A stretch of DNA of 41,364 nt, taken from contig CAYSVS010000006.1 in NCBI GenBank assembly GCA_964434475.1, positions 1 to 41,364 on the forward strand. Reading direction: 5' to 3'. The stretch comes from an uncultured Methanosarcinales archaeon. Its GTDB lineage: Archaea; Nanobdellota; Nanobdellia; Woesearchaeales; CAYSVS01. The number at the start of each line of letters is the position of its first letter. Within the stretch, counting starts at the first letter, position 1. Below, in pieces: positions 1-12,100 of this stretch. Made by a program: the position numbers and the translations under genes. Under the pieces are notes generated by a model. It had not been told where the DNA came from. It ran no database searches and saw only the letters and a program-made list of their open reading frames with translations.

Positions 1-3000
1 ACTGGCTTTATGCTGATAGGTATCATAGTTCTAGCTGTTTTTAGTTTTGTATTTGTCATAACAAGCACGTTTGCAAAAGGCAGGATAAAGGATAAAGTAA
101 ACCAGATGTCTAATGATATTTTGTCAACCAATACTATAGAATATTATGTAGGAATATGTTTGGAAAATTCTGTAAAGGAAGGCATAGGATTACTGGGTCA
201 GCAAGGAGGCATGATATATTCAAACCAAGCTTTGGGATTGCCTGAAAACGGACTAAAAGACTATTCTGGTGTTTTTGGACACGATTATTTTCCTGACGGA
301 ATAGATTATCTGCCTTATGACGGCAGGATAAATTACGGTATAAACGGCTTATACGAGCAGCCAGATCCTAAATATGGATATTATAGCGATACATCCATAA
401 GACAATATGAGGATCTCTTGAGTTATCAAGATAATTTTAAGAAAAAGATATTGTTGGGAACTACAGAAACATTTCCTTATGTTTGCGATCTATATGGTCC
501 TAATACTGTAACTTCAACAACAGCTCCATCTTGCGATCTATTATCTTATTCTAAATCTTTGACTGAGCAAGATATACTTAACAGATATATAGAGAATAGG
601 ACAAAAGAATGCATAAACTTTTCTTTGATAAAAGAAAAGTTTGGATATGATGTTAAATCTATAGGCAATATATCCTCTAATATCACATATGGAATGGATG
701 ATTTTTCTGTAGTTGTCAAATATCCTCTTGAACTGCAGCTAGGGCATCAGCCACCATCAACAAGAATTTTTGAATATTCTACTAAGCAAGAGATAAGGCT
801 AAAGAAAATTTTAGAATACGCTTTAAATTTAATAAGACATGACATAAGAGATGCTGAATTCAACATCTCCGAAGATTACGAGAAAGTAAGGACAGAATCA
901 GGAGTAAATTTATGGGACAATAAGTTAAAAGTTACAAAGTCAGAAGAACCTCCTTGTGTGAACTGTGGAGATAACTTTGGCAAGCACGATGATTTGATCA
1001 CTATAGAAGATGAGCTATCATTACTTCACGGCCAGCCGTATATGTTCAGGTTTGCTATCAAAAACAGACATCCTTATCTTGATCTTATACAGGAAGTAAG
1101 CACAGGAGGAGATTGGTATAATATGGGTTTTGATATTGTTACATTACAAGGCAATATAGTTAAGATAGAACCAAAAGCTTTTGATCCTGATGAAGATAAA
1201 ATAGATTTTGCATATACTGGTTGGAAAGAGACGCAAGAGGAAACATGGGATGTTAGTTTGAGTGATAATTGCAATGAAAATCTTTGGGATTGTGTATATG
1301 TAGATGATACGATAGATCCAAGAGAATGGACATCTAATATTGATTCTGAAACAGGCGCTTCTATGGTTTCTACAAATGAAACTGATATAGGTCCTCATAA
1401 TGTTACATTGACTGTTTATGATGAAGGCAAGCTAAAGGATTGGCAAGTCATAAGCATATTGATATGGGCAGTGCCTGAGATAAAAGCTGTTGTACATAGC
1501 ATTTATGATGATATAACTAATAATTATACTGCTTCAATAGAAGATCCGTATATACTCGATGGAAGGGATAGTGTTGTGTATATGTCTATAGGAGATCCCA
1601 CATATGAATGGTTGATAAAAAATGATGAAACAGATTGGAAGATATTGGGTCAGGAGATGGTAGTATTGCCTCAGAATGCTGACATAAATAAAATAAAATC
1701 GCAGCAGCCTTTCTTGAACGAAGTTAGTGGAGAAAAGTATGATGAGTATGATTTGTCTTTGGAGATTGACGCTGGAAGTAGTTTTGATTCTGGTTATTTC
1801 GAGGTTGAGAATGTTAGAGTATATGAATGTTTGGCGCATGAATCTACTGTGCCTTCTTACCCTTACAATATATTAACAGGCGATAATTATGAAGAATTCA
1901 TGGGAAATCATACCTGCTGCAATCCTTTCGAGGGAGAGAATGGTGGCGGAGAGTTTGCTGAAAAAAGTAAGGTATGTTATTCCAAAGAAGGATATACGTG
2001 TAGTCCGTTTGGAAGAGAAGTATATCCTGCTAACTTAGCGATGGTTTCTGATGATAATGGTGATTTGAGTGATGCAGACGTTAGTCCGAGCGGAGTAGGT
2101 GTAACAATAACTGATGTTAATTCAGATTACGCCAATGATATATATTATAGAACTTATGCCCAATACTGCGACGGAGAAAGAGGAAATGTTTGCGGGGGAG
2201 AGGTTTCGGATATATATACTACAAGTATTGATTGCGGAGATAAGACAAGTCCGGATGATGATGAACGTTGTCAAGGACCTGCACAAAATTTAGGCGCTTG
2301 TACTTTGAAAAATAATAATCCTGGTTGTGTTAATTATAAATTTGGAGAATCCTTTGAGTATAATTTTTTTCCTGAAAATCCAGATTATGATGGATATTGT
2401 AATAACAATCTGAAAAAATCAGCAGGAGAAGGAAAAGGAAAATACAACACCGCTGGAGTTTTTAACTGCTTAGCAAAATGCGACGGAGCAGGAGCATGCA
2501 GCTATGCGACTGATTGTTTTTGTGCTTACGGCGATGATATTTGTGACGATATTATTGATGATGATTTGACCACTACAAACGCTAAAACAACATCTGGTTC
2601 ATCAAAAGGATTGTGTAAAAATAATTGTGATTTTAAGACAACTAACCAAGATGCGACAGCTTGTCGATTATGGGCTCAAGTTTCAAATTACCATTATGAT
2701 TCTAATGCCCTTTCAAATAATTGTTGCGGAGATGACGTGGCAGAGCATTGGAAGACGAGTAATAACGGAAAAAGTGCTTGCTGTTCAGCGACAGATGCTT
2801 GCGTAGATAAAGATGGTAACTGCATTGCAAACGGAAATTCGGGATATTCTGGAAGATACTCTGGATTGGATGTTTGCGTCGGAACAAACTGGAGAGATTG
2901 TAAAGCTGGAGAAGATCCAAGCATATATTGCGAATTGACTACTGATCCTTGTAAGCAGACTTCCTGCAGCAGTTCAAATTCTTGTGTTACAACGCCAAAA

Positions 3001-3060
3001 CAAGATGGTACTCCTTGCAGTGGAGGAGTATGTCAAGGAGGAGTATGTATTACTTCTTAA
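1..3060 (+). CDS. Large exported Cys-rich protein, probably with a class III-type N-terminus cut by the window edge; Ig/PKD-like middle and Cys-rich C-terminus
   Basis: Frame is open from base 1 (TGF-MLIGIIVLAVFSFVFVI hydrophobic helix; first ATG at 10). PKD/Ig-like motifs (KAFDPDEDKI, GPHNVTLTVYD, YILDGRDS). Cys-dense C-terminal ~400 aa ending CSGGVCQGGVC. Confidence 0.8.
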   Translation, partial: TGFMLIGIIVLAVFSFVFVITSTFAKGRIKDKVNQMSNDILSTNTIEYYVGICLENSVKEGIGLLGQQGGMIYSNQALGLPENGLKDYSGVFGHDYFPDGIDYLPYDGRINYGINGLYEQPDPKYGYYSDTSIRQYEDLLSYQDNFKKKILLGTTETFPYVCDLYGPNTVTSTTAPSCDLLSYSKSLTEQDILNRYIENRTKECINFSLIKEKFGYDVKSIGNISSNITYGMDDFSVVVKYPLELQLGHQPPSTRIFEYSTKQEIRLKKILEYALNLIRHDIRDAEFNISEDYEKVRTESGVNLWDNKLKVTKSEEPPCVNCGDNFGKHDDLITIEDELSLLHGQPYMFRFAIKNRHPYLDLIQEVSTGGDWYNMGFDIVTLQGNIVKIEPKAFDPDEDKIDFAYTGWKETQEETWDVSLSDNCNENLWDCVYVDDTIDPREWTSNIDSETGASMVSTNETDIGPHNVTLTVYDEGKLKDWQVISILIWAVPEIKAVVHSIYDDITNNYTASIEDPYILDGRDSVVYMSIGDPTYEWLIKNDETDWKILGQEMVVLPQNADINKIKSQQPFLNEVSGEKYDEYDLSLEIDAGSSFDSGYFEVENVRVYECLAHESTVPSYPYNILTGDNYEEFMGNHTCCNPFEGENGGGEFAEKSKVCYSKEGYTCSPFGREVYPANLAMVSDDNGDLSDADVSPSGVGVTITDVNSDYANDIYYRTYAQYCDGERGNVCGGEVSDIYTTSIDCGDKTSPDDDERCQGPAQNLGACTLKNNNPGCVNYKFGESFEYNFFPENPDYDGYCNNNLKKSAGEGKGKYNTAGVFNCLAKCDGAGACSYATDCFCAYGDDICDDIIDDDLTTTNAKTTSGSSKGLCKNNCDFKTTNQDATACRLWAQVSNYHYDSNALSNNCCGDDVAEHWKTSNNGKSACCSATDACVDKDGNCIANGNSGYSGRYSGLDVCVGTNWRDCKAGEDPSIYCELTTDPCKQTSCSSSNSCVTTPKQDGTPCSGGVCQGGVCITS

Positions 3061-3077
3061 TTTTTCTAAATTCCAAT

Positions 3078-3092
3078 CGAAAAGTTTATAAA
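3078..3092 (+). promoter_or_regulatory. Archaeal BRE + TATA box for the giant-protein gene(s)
   Basis: CGAAAAG-TTTATAAA in the intergenic gap; GAGGGG at 3145-3150 precedes the TTG start. Confidence 0.7.
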
Positions 3093-3152
3093 TACTGTAT
3101 TTATTAATTAATATTAATTATATAATATTGATTACATAGAAATAGAGGGGTT

Positions 3153-6100
3153 TTGTTGAAAAAAAGAGGTTTATTAGTAGTTGTTGTAGTACTTTGTTTA
3201 GTTCTTACTATTTTTGCGAGTCAAATATTTGCTGATGGAGAGGTAGGATGTTGCGAAACAATCCTAGGTTATTTTGAAGTTCCTGGAGACGACTATGCTA
3301 CTGAAGATGAATGTGTGGTTGACGGAAATTTCCATGATGATCCTAATTGTGCATCACACCAAGAAGCTTGCTGTTGTATAGGTAATACTGGTACTATAAC
3401 CACAGAACAGGTAGGGTGCGATTCAGGTACTTTTCATTCAAATATTTATGATTTATCTACTTGCCAAGCAACCTGTTCTGGATTGTCTGATTGTCTTGAG
3501 ACAGATTGTACAACAAACAATTTGGACCAAGGAGAACAGTGTGTATGCGGCAATGAGATTGTAGATTATAATAATCCGTATTGCTGTTTAACTTTTGAAG
3601 GCGGAACTGTTTATGATAATTCAGAAGCTTGTTTTGATGATTGCGCTCCTGAAGAAGCAGATGGTTTTATAGAGGGCACAGTAAGAAGCGACGACGGACC
3701 AGTAATCTTCGACGCATCTGTAAGTGTGCAAGGTAAAGTTGCGAAAACAGATGAAGACGGATCATATAGTATATCTGGATTGACAGAAGGAACTTATGAG
3801 GTACAAGTAAGTGCAATAGGTTTTGTAGGAGAATTCAGCAATGTTCTTATAACAAAAACCACCAACAAGGATTTTGATCTTACTCCTTTAGATAATATCT
3901 GCGGTAATGGAGAAATAGATTCAGGTGAAGAATGCGATAGGAACGATGACGATTGCGCAGAGGAATATCCTGACTTATATGGAACTATAGATATGTATTG
4001 CGCGCCGCCTGGATATGGAGATATAAGCTGCACTTGTATAGCTTATGATATTACTCAACCGCCTCTAGATGAACCTGAAGCAGGTGATCTGTGCTATGAC
4101 GGGATAGATAATGACAGGGATAATTATGTAGATGAATGCGATAAAGGCTGCTGGTCAGAGCTAAACTATGATTATGAAGGAGCTAATCCTATCCAAACAG
4201 CTTTATATGATATGACTGCTAATGAAGTAGGTCTATGCAATGATAATAAAGATAATGACTGCGACGGAAAAGTTGATTTTCAGGACAATCTTGAATGTGT
4301 TCCTGAAGATGAAGTTAATGTAATAAATCCTTGTGGTAACTCTATAGATGATGATAATGATGGAGCGTTTGATAACTGCGATACTGACTGCAACCCAGGA
4401 TTAGGCCAGAACGTGCTTCTTATATTAGAGGAATACGGACCAACAGAAAATGTTGTAGCAGGAGGATGTTCTGATGGATTAGACAATGACTGCGATGGAA
4501 AGATAGATTGTGTTGGAGGAGCTGAAGGAGGAGATCCTGATTGTAATTGCGAAGAAACAGAAACAAATTGTTCAGATAATGTTGATAATGACGGAGATGG
4601 TTTGTATGACTGCCAGGATCCTGATTGTAATGCTCAATTTTGTCAAGGCTCAAATTATTGTACTGAATTATTAGCAGTTGACAGTAATTCTGACGGAATA
4701 AATTATGATATATGTTGTTTAGCTGCTGAGAAGTTTGACTGTGATGATGACGGTGTATTTGATTCTTGCGGCGAATGCCCTGAAGATTTTTGCGGAACTT
4801 GCGGCAGCATAGATTGTTTAGGTATGCAATGCGATGTAGCTAATCCGAGCAAACAATGCACTATTGAAGGAAAGTGCGAAGAGGTTACAGCAAACACAAT
4901 AAGTGGATTTGTGTATGCACAGGACACTTCAGACCCTATAGCTGGAGCAAAAGTAGTAATAGGAGATAATGAGATAATAACAAACGCTCAAGGAGGATTT
5001 TATTTGATAGGTATAGATTTAGGAAGCTATACTGCTGATGCAACACATCCCAATTATCTTCCTTTAGAAGATTATCCTGTTGAACTTACTGCTGAAGATA
5101 ATCAACCATTGATATATTTGGATATGGAACCCAAGCCAACATATCCTTTAAATCTACATATTGTTGAAGAAAATACTAAAGATATAATTCAAGGAGCACA
5201 AGTAAGGATAGACGGAGAAATAATTGGAAATACAAATCCTTCAGGCAATATCGCAGATTTTGTTTTTCAAGGAATGCATCAGATTGCAGTTACTGCTCAA
5301 GATTATGTTGCAAATACTGTTTATCATTATGTTGATAACGATCTTTCGACACAAGCTTTGCAGATCGAGCTTAAGAAAGCAGAGTGCAACACAGATAAGG
5401 TTGCGCCAGAACTTAATGAAATCAATATATACGAAGGAGAAAGAAAATTGGGCTTGTCTTGGACATCACACTGCAATCCTGAAAAAGTTACACTATATAA
5501 ATGCGAAAATTCTCCTGGTGTAAGCACTTGCGATGAAAATTACGTTAATGTTGTTGAAGATGATACTAGTGCATATCTAGATACTGATGTAAGGGAAGGA
5601 GTAAGATATTGCTATAAGGTTGTCTCGCATTTTGCAGATGCAGAAAACAACCAATTGGTACAAAAATCCAGCGAAACAAAATGTGTAGGGCCTTTCAATG
5701 ACCCTTGCCTTGACCAAAAAGGAGAATATTGCTTTAATGATAAGACTATATATAGATGTACAACCAACTCAGATTCAGAAGGCCCTAATAAAGCAAAACA
5801 AGTTAGAGCTTGTCAGGGAGACAGAGAGTATTGCTACGGGCCTATTGATGAAGAAGCATCTTGTGTATATCAGAGCTATTGTGATGAATGCGGATTGCCC
5901 TTTGGTGTTTTTTCACATATAGGAACAGTTGGCTGGGAAGACCAATTTGGCGGACAATTACAGAAACAGTGCGAGGAAATACCTTTATGTTTCTTAGATT
6001 ATACTGATACTTCTGTTGATGCATATGATGAATGCGCAGATATAATGACCTGCTATGATTACAAAAGTCAGTCAGCATGTCAAGGTATGCCAAATCTTAT

Positions 6101-9100
6101 TGCAGAAGGAAGCGATGAAGATGGAAGCTTTAACAACAAATGTTTGCCAAGAAACTGCACTTGGGAGCCAGATCCAAGATATAATGAGATAGGCAGCGGA
6201 ATATGCAGAGAGATAAATGAAACAATGCAGGATTGCAGTTTATGCGATAGCAATTTTCATAATGAGATATATGGCATGTGCGATAAGACAAGATGCGGGT
6301 TGTATGGAAGCTGTTATTATGATTATAAAAGAACTGGCGAAAATGCTGGTGAATACTTATGCACCCATAAATCTGAGATGAGCTGCGAGATGTACGATAC
6401 TGTAGAGGATTGCGTAGGCTCTAATGATTTGCATGTAGAACTAGATGCAATATGGGAAGACCCAACAACTTTATTGGATGATGAGTTTATATCTTCAGGA
6501 ACAAATGAAATCACGCAAAACAGCGATGATTATTTAGGGTTTGGAGTATGCACTTGGGGAACACCTTATTTAGGATTCAACAGAAATTATGATGATTTTG
6601 ATGACCCTCAACCTAATAATGAAATGTGCTATAAGGATGCAGATTTTGACAGGCAGATTCACCAAAACAATCTTGACTGTAATCTTGATGATGTTGATTG
6701 CCAAAAGGATATGCAAGCTCCTGTATCTTATGTTGATCAGCCATTGCTTGGATGCTATGGCGAATATTGTTCAGACATAGCTAATATTACAATATTTGTA
6801 AGTGATTATTATAAAACAAGCGTAGGAGGTTTCACTTCTTATTATGCAATAAATCCTGAGGAAGGATTTGTATATCCTAAAGATGAAGTAGATTACACTA
6901 TAGATTATGAATTCGGAGATTATGTTGATACAACACAGTCAAAGAATTATACTGTTTTCTTTTACAGCAAAGATGGTTCAAACAATATAGAATATCCTAT
7001 CAAGAACTTCACTATCGAGATAGATCCTTTGCCTCCATCATATAATATTAGTGTAGAAGAAGTGCCTTATGTTGTTGAGGAATTTGAGGATCATGATGAA
7101 TGGGCAACAAACTTGACAATAACAGGTACAGTAAATAATGAAAAAGCATCTTGTAACGCTGAGCTTTTGAAATTAGTAGGTGCTTTGGATCTTAGTAAAA
7201 AAAATCCTCTTGTGCAGGAATATACTAAGGAATGGAAAAGATTTTATCATGGATTAAGTGATGGTTATTATCTGTATAATGTTAGCTGCAGGGATCTAGC
7301 AGGCAATGTGAACAATACTATGTATCCTATACTCGTCGATGCAGACAAATCAATAACTGATCCTCAACCTTCTGGAACAATAAACTATACTGATGTTACT
7401 TTTAGTGTTTTAACTCCTACAAATGCAGAATGCGGCTATACTTTGAACTCAGAAGTTACAAGTTATGATGCCCTGCTTGCAGAAAATTATATGCAGAATG
7501 CTGCTGAATATTTTCCTGCGCCTAACGATAATTTGATAAAAGGATATAAACATACAAAATCCAAACAATTCGCTGCAAACGAATTGCACGAATTAAAGAT
7601 AGTATGCAAATCAGGAGCAAAGAATAATTATCAAGATTTGATATTCACCATAGATAAATTAGCTCCTGAAATTAAGGTAGTTGAAAAAGGAACAGATAAT
7701 TTGCATGAATTACAGCAATGGCAGTTAACCCATGACTTTGCGTTAAAATGCTATGATGAAAGACTGCCTGATAGTGGAGGCAAGCTTAATGGAGAGCCAT
7801 TTGGCTGTGCCAATATATACTATTGTATAACTGCTGCTGATCTGCCAAACTGCAATGATTTCACAGAGGTGGAAGGAGGATATGTTAATGTACCTTCTGT
7901 TTCTGAACCAAGTATGCAGAAGATATGCTACTATGCTGTAGATAAAGGTGGAAACAGCGTAGAACCAGTATGTGAAAACATATATGTTGATAATACTCCT
8001 TCAAACATATCTATAAAAATATTTGATTCTACAAATGCAGAAAATTATTATGTGACTCGGTTTGATGGTTTTAGTGTGAGATTAACTTCTACAGAAGAAT
8101 TAGTTCCTGAAACTTTGTCATTAAGCTATCAAGTTAGCAACGGCGCAAGAGCTGATGTGATAATGACTCCAGTAGATGGAAATAATAAATTATATGAAGG
8201 ATTTATAGATATTCCAGAAACAAATTCTTTCAAGAATATAGAGGGTATAGCGAACAACACTAGGTGGCAATTATCTGCTTTTGATCTTCAGGAAGTTGAG
8301 ACAACAGAACTTAGCATAATAGATAATCCTTTCTTCACTTTAGATACTAAAGGTCCAGATTATCCTAAAATATATGTTCCTAATTGGGAAGCTTATCCTC
8401 AGAAGGTACATAATGAACCTAGCAGCGTATTGAAAATTAATGGATTGGCAGCAGATGGAGCATCAGAAGAAACAATCAGAGTTTATGTAACCAATAAAAG
8501 TTTTGAAGACAGGACAGAAGCAAGAGCTAATATTGGAACAACTGATTGGACGTATGTAGAAACAACCTCTTTAGAGGAATCAAGTTTTTTTACAGTCTCT
8601 ATGTTTGAAACTTCTGTAATTGCAGGAACAAATTCCTTAATTGTGGATCCTGCAGAAAGCTCGCTACCATTGCTAGTGAAAATATCTGACCTTACAGGTA
8701 AATATATAGAATTTTATCAGCAGTCAAGCGCTATGCTTGCAAACAAGACATATTATAAGATAACTGATGCAAAGACAGAAGGCAATAAGATAAGACTAAC
8801 ATTTACGCCTAAGTTAAATGTAGATATTCCTGCATTCGCAGATATAAAAATACATGATAAATTTGCAAAACAAGGTTGGTTTAGTGTAGATTTGCCTTTG
8901 ATATCTGGTAATAATTGGGTTTATGCAGTTGCTATAGATGAATACGGTAATGAGGGCGAAGCGCATATACAAAGCCCTTTTAAAGTAATATCTGATCCTT
9001 ATCCTCCTGAAGTAAGGATAATAGAGCCTATGCCAACATCTTATGCGTCTGGTTCAGGAATATACGTAATTGGTGAGATAGAGGATAATTCGGGATTGGA

Positions 9101-12100
9101 TGTTAGCTCAGTAAATTTGACTGTAAAAAAGACAACCTATCTGGTGCCTCCTATTGTTGAGACTTTTTCATACACTTGCGCAAGTCCAGAAATAGACTGC
9201 GAGAATAATGATAATGATGATTCAGAAGATGGAGATACTAATATGTTGTTTACATATAGCCCTTCGCCTGAATTAACAAATGGAAGATATGAATTGAAAT
9301 TAACTGCAAAAGATCTTGTTGGAGGAGAAGGCATTAATTTATCATGGTTTGAGATAGACGGCAATGTGCCTCATGAACCTTTTCTTGAGATAGAGGATGC
9401 ATTTTTGTTCAGTCAAGTGCCATATACTGATAATGATAATCCTGAAATGAATATATCTTTTATGCAAGACATAGGAAAGGATGTTGAAATAGAAAGCATA
9501 TCTTTATCAGATCCAGATGGACAGGAAGTAAATATAGTGTTGCCTTTGGTAAAGCAAGATTTTAATCTGCCTTTAGATGGCACTTCAACATTATCTGTTA
9601 ATAGTTTTGAGGCGCAAGAGCCAGTTATTTTTGTTTATGATGATTCTGGTTCAAATATAGTCGGTTTTAAAGCACATAAAGAGATAGTAAATCTTATCAA
9701 CGCACAAGTGAAGCTTACTGGCCTTATACATGAAGGATCTTTTCCTAGTGATGTCGAACTAAGGGTGGATGATACTTTGGTTTGGAGTCCTGGTGGCGCT
9801 TTGGATGCTACTGAAACCATACAATTTACATCTGATCTTGCAGATGCTTTGGATGATTGTGAAGAAGATGCATTAGGTTATTGCGAAATAACATTAGATA
9901 TATTCTCTGCAACAAAAGGGAGAGTAAAGATAGAGAATCTTGATATTGATTATGAAATATCTAATAAATTATTAAGAGATAATTATTATGCAAAATACAC
10001 AACATATCTTGATAATACTTTATTCACTAAATCAGGAGAATATACATTTACTATAGAAGCTAAAAAAGAGACAGAAGAAGGATGGAGCAACACAGCAATT
10101 TTAGTTCCAGTATTTTATTTTGACAATACTCCTCCAGTAATTAATATAGTCATGGCAAACGCAACAATGGATACAACGCCTCAATATTTTATTGAATCAG
10201 ATGATCCTGTTGTTTGTGATGTTGCGATTGTTAAGCAAGGCACAACGCCTCAAGAGCAATCATATATTACACTTAATGAAAACCACAATATAACTGTAGA
10301 AGGAGAAAGCGATGAGCTGGACATATCTCATTTGAATATACAAGTAAAGGACAATCTGCAGGATGCGCCTCCTTACTTATATATAGAACATCCTGATTAT
10401 ATAGATTCTGACTATAGTATATATGCAGATTGTGTGAATTTCTTTGATATGTCTGCTCAAGAAAATCATAATTTTTATTTAGTGCATCCTAAGCAGAATA
10501 AATTGTTCTATAGAAATGGAGACACGATTGAATTCATATTAAGGATGGATCCTGGGTTAAAGGACACCATAACTTGTGATTTATCAGAATTGGACAGCAA
10601 TTTTAATTCAGGAAATTGTGATGTTGAAGAATTAGACAATGAAGGCAATTATAAGCTTAGTTATGATATAACAGATACAAACGAGAAGGAGGATGGATCT
10701 TATTGGGGTTATCTAAGTTATGGCGATGTTGATAAAGAAAGAGTTGTAATGCATCTGCATAATGATGATTTTACAATGGGTTTGGAATCTGATAAGGATT
10801 ACAGCAAAGCTGTACAATGCCAATCTTTTGCAGGATATTTCTTTAATGAACTTAATTGCGTACATGATTTAGATGGATTAAGTGTATATTCTTTTAGAAA
10901 TTCAGACGCTGCAGGAGATAATCTGCCAATCTGCCCTGACTCTAGCCCTAATATAAGATGTGCATCAATATATTATTTACATAGAAATAAGCAAGATGTA
11001 GAGCAATCTGTTGTGCTTGATGATCCTTGCTATAATGATCAATTTTGTATGGTTGAAATTTCTGCATTAAACTTAAGAGCTTATTATAACAAATATGCAG
11101 ATAGGAACGGATTGCTAAAAGTAAGATTTGAAATAGCAAATACAGACTCAGCGCATAACTATCAGATACAAAATCCAGAAAATAATTTTAATTCTGATTC
11201 ATTCAACTTTTTTAATTGCAATAATGTTTTAAGTTCTAACGCAGGAGACGGGGCTGTTTCATTAACCTGTGGAGATATTTCACAAAAATCTGTTGTTTCA
11301 GTTATGTTAGACAATAGTCCTTTGGGTTTAAAGGAATATCCTTTGTTAGTAACAAGAGCAAAAGATCAGAAAAATATTATTTCAGAATTAGAATTCTCAG
11401 AAGTTGTTGATAAAAACCAAAAAGCATCTGCGAGAGTCATAGAAGAAGGAGAAGATGTTGTAGTAAATGGATTCTATCCTTATTGTAATGATGGCGTTGA
11501 TAATGACTTAAACACACCTTTGAACTTTAATTATATAGGTATTTCAGGCGGAGATAAAGCAGACTGCAGAGATAGTGCTTGCGATAATAAGCTCGTTGAT
11601 ACAAATAAGAAATGCGAATATCAGACAGAATTGAGCTGCGACGATGGATTTGACAATGATATGGACGATCCGCAAAGGCTAAAGTCTTCAAGCTATGCTA
11701 ATCTTATTAAAAACAATAAAGACAGCGATGGAATAACATCTGTAAATGCAGGAGAAGGAAGATTCTATGATTGCTATGATAATGATTGTTATGCAAACGA
11801 TGACGAGTGTCCGTCTTTTGAATTAAATTGTATGAACAATGTAAATGATGACTTTGATTTTGGAAGCTATGGTGTTGAAGAAACAACTTCTTTGCAGACA
11901 ACACCTGGTGGAACAAGCATGATTGATTGTTTGGATGTGGATTGCGATACTGAACAAGGAGATCCTGACAACACTGCAAATATATGTCATTTTGGTAATG
12001 AATTTGCAGGATATCCTTTAAGTTGCAGGGATAATTTCAATAATGATGCTGATAATGGCGCAGGAAGTGCAAATACAAACAAATTTAATTTGGATTTTTC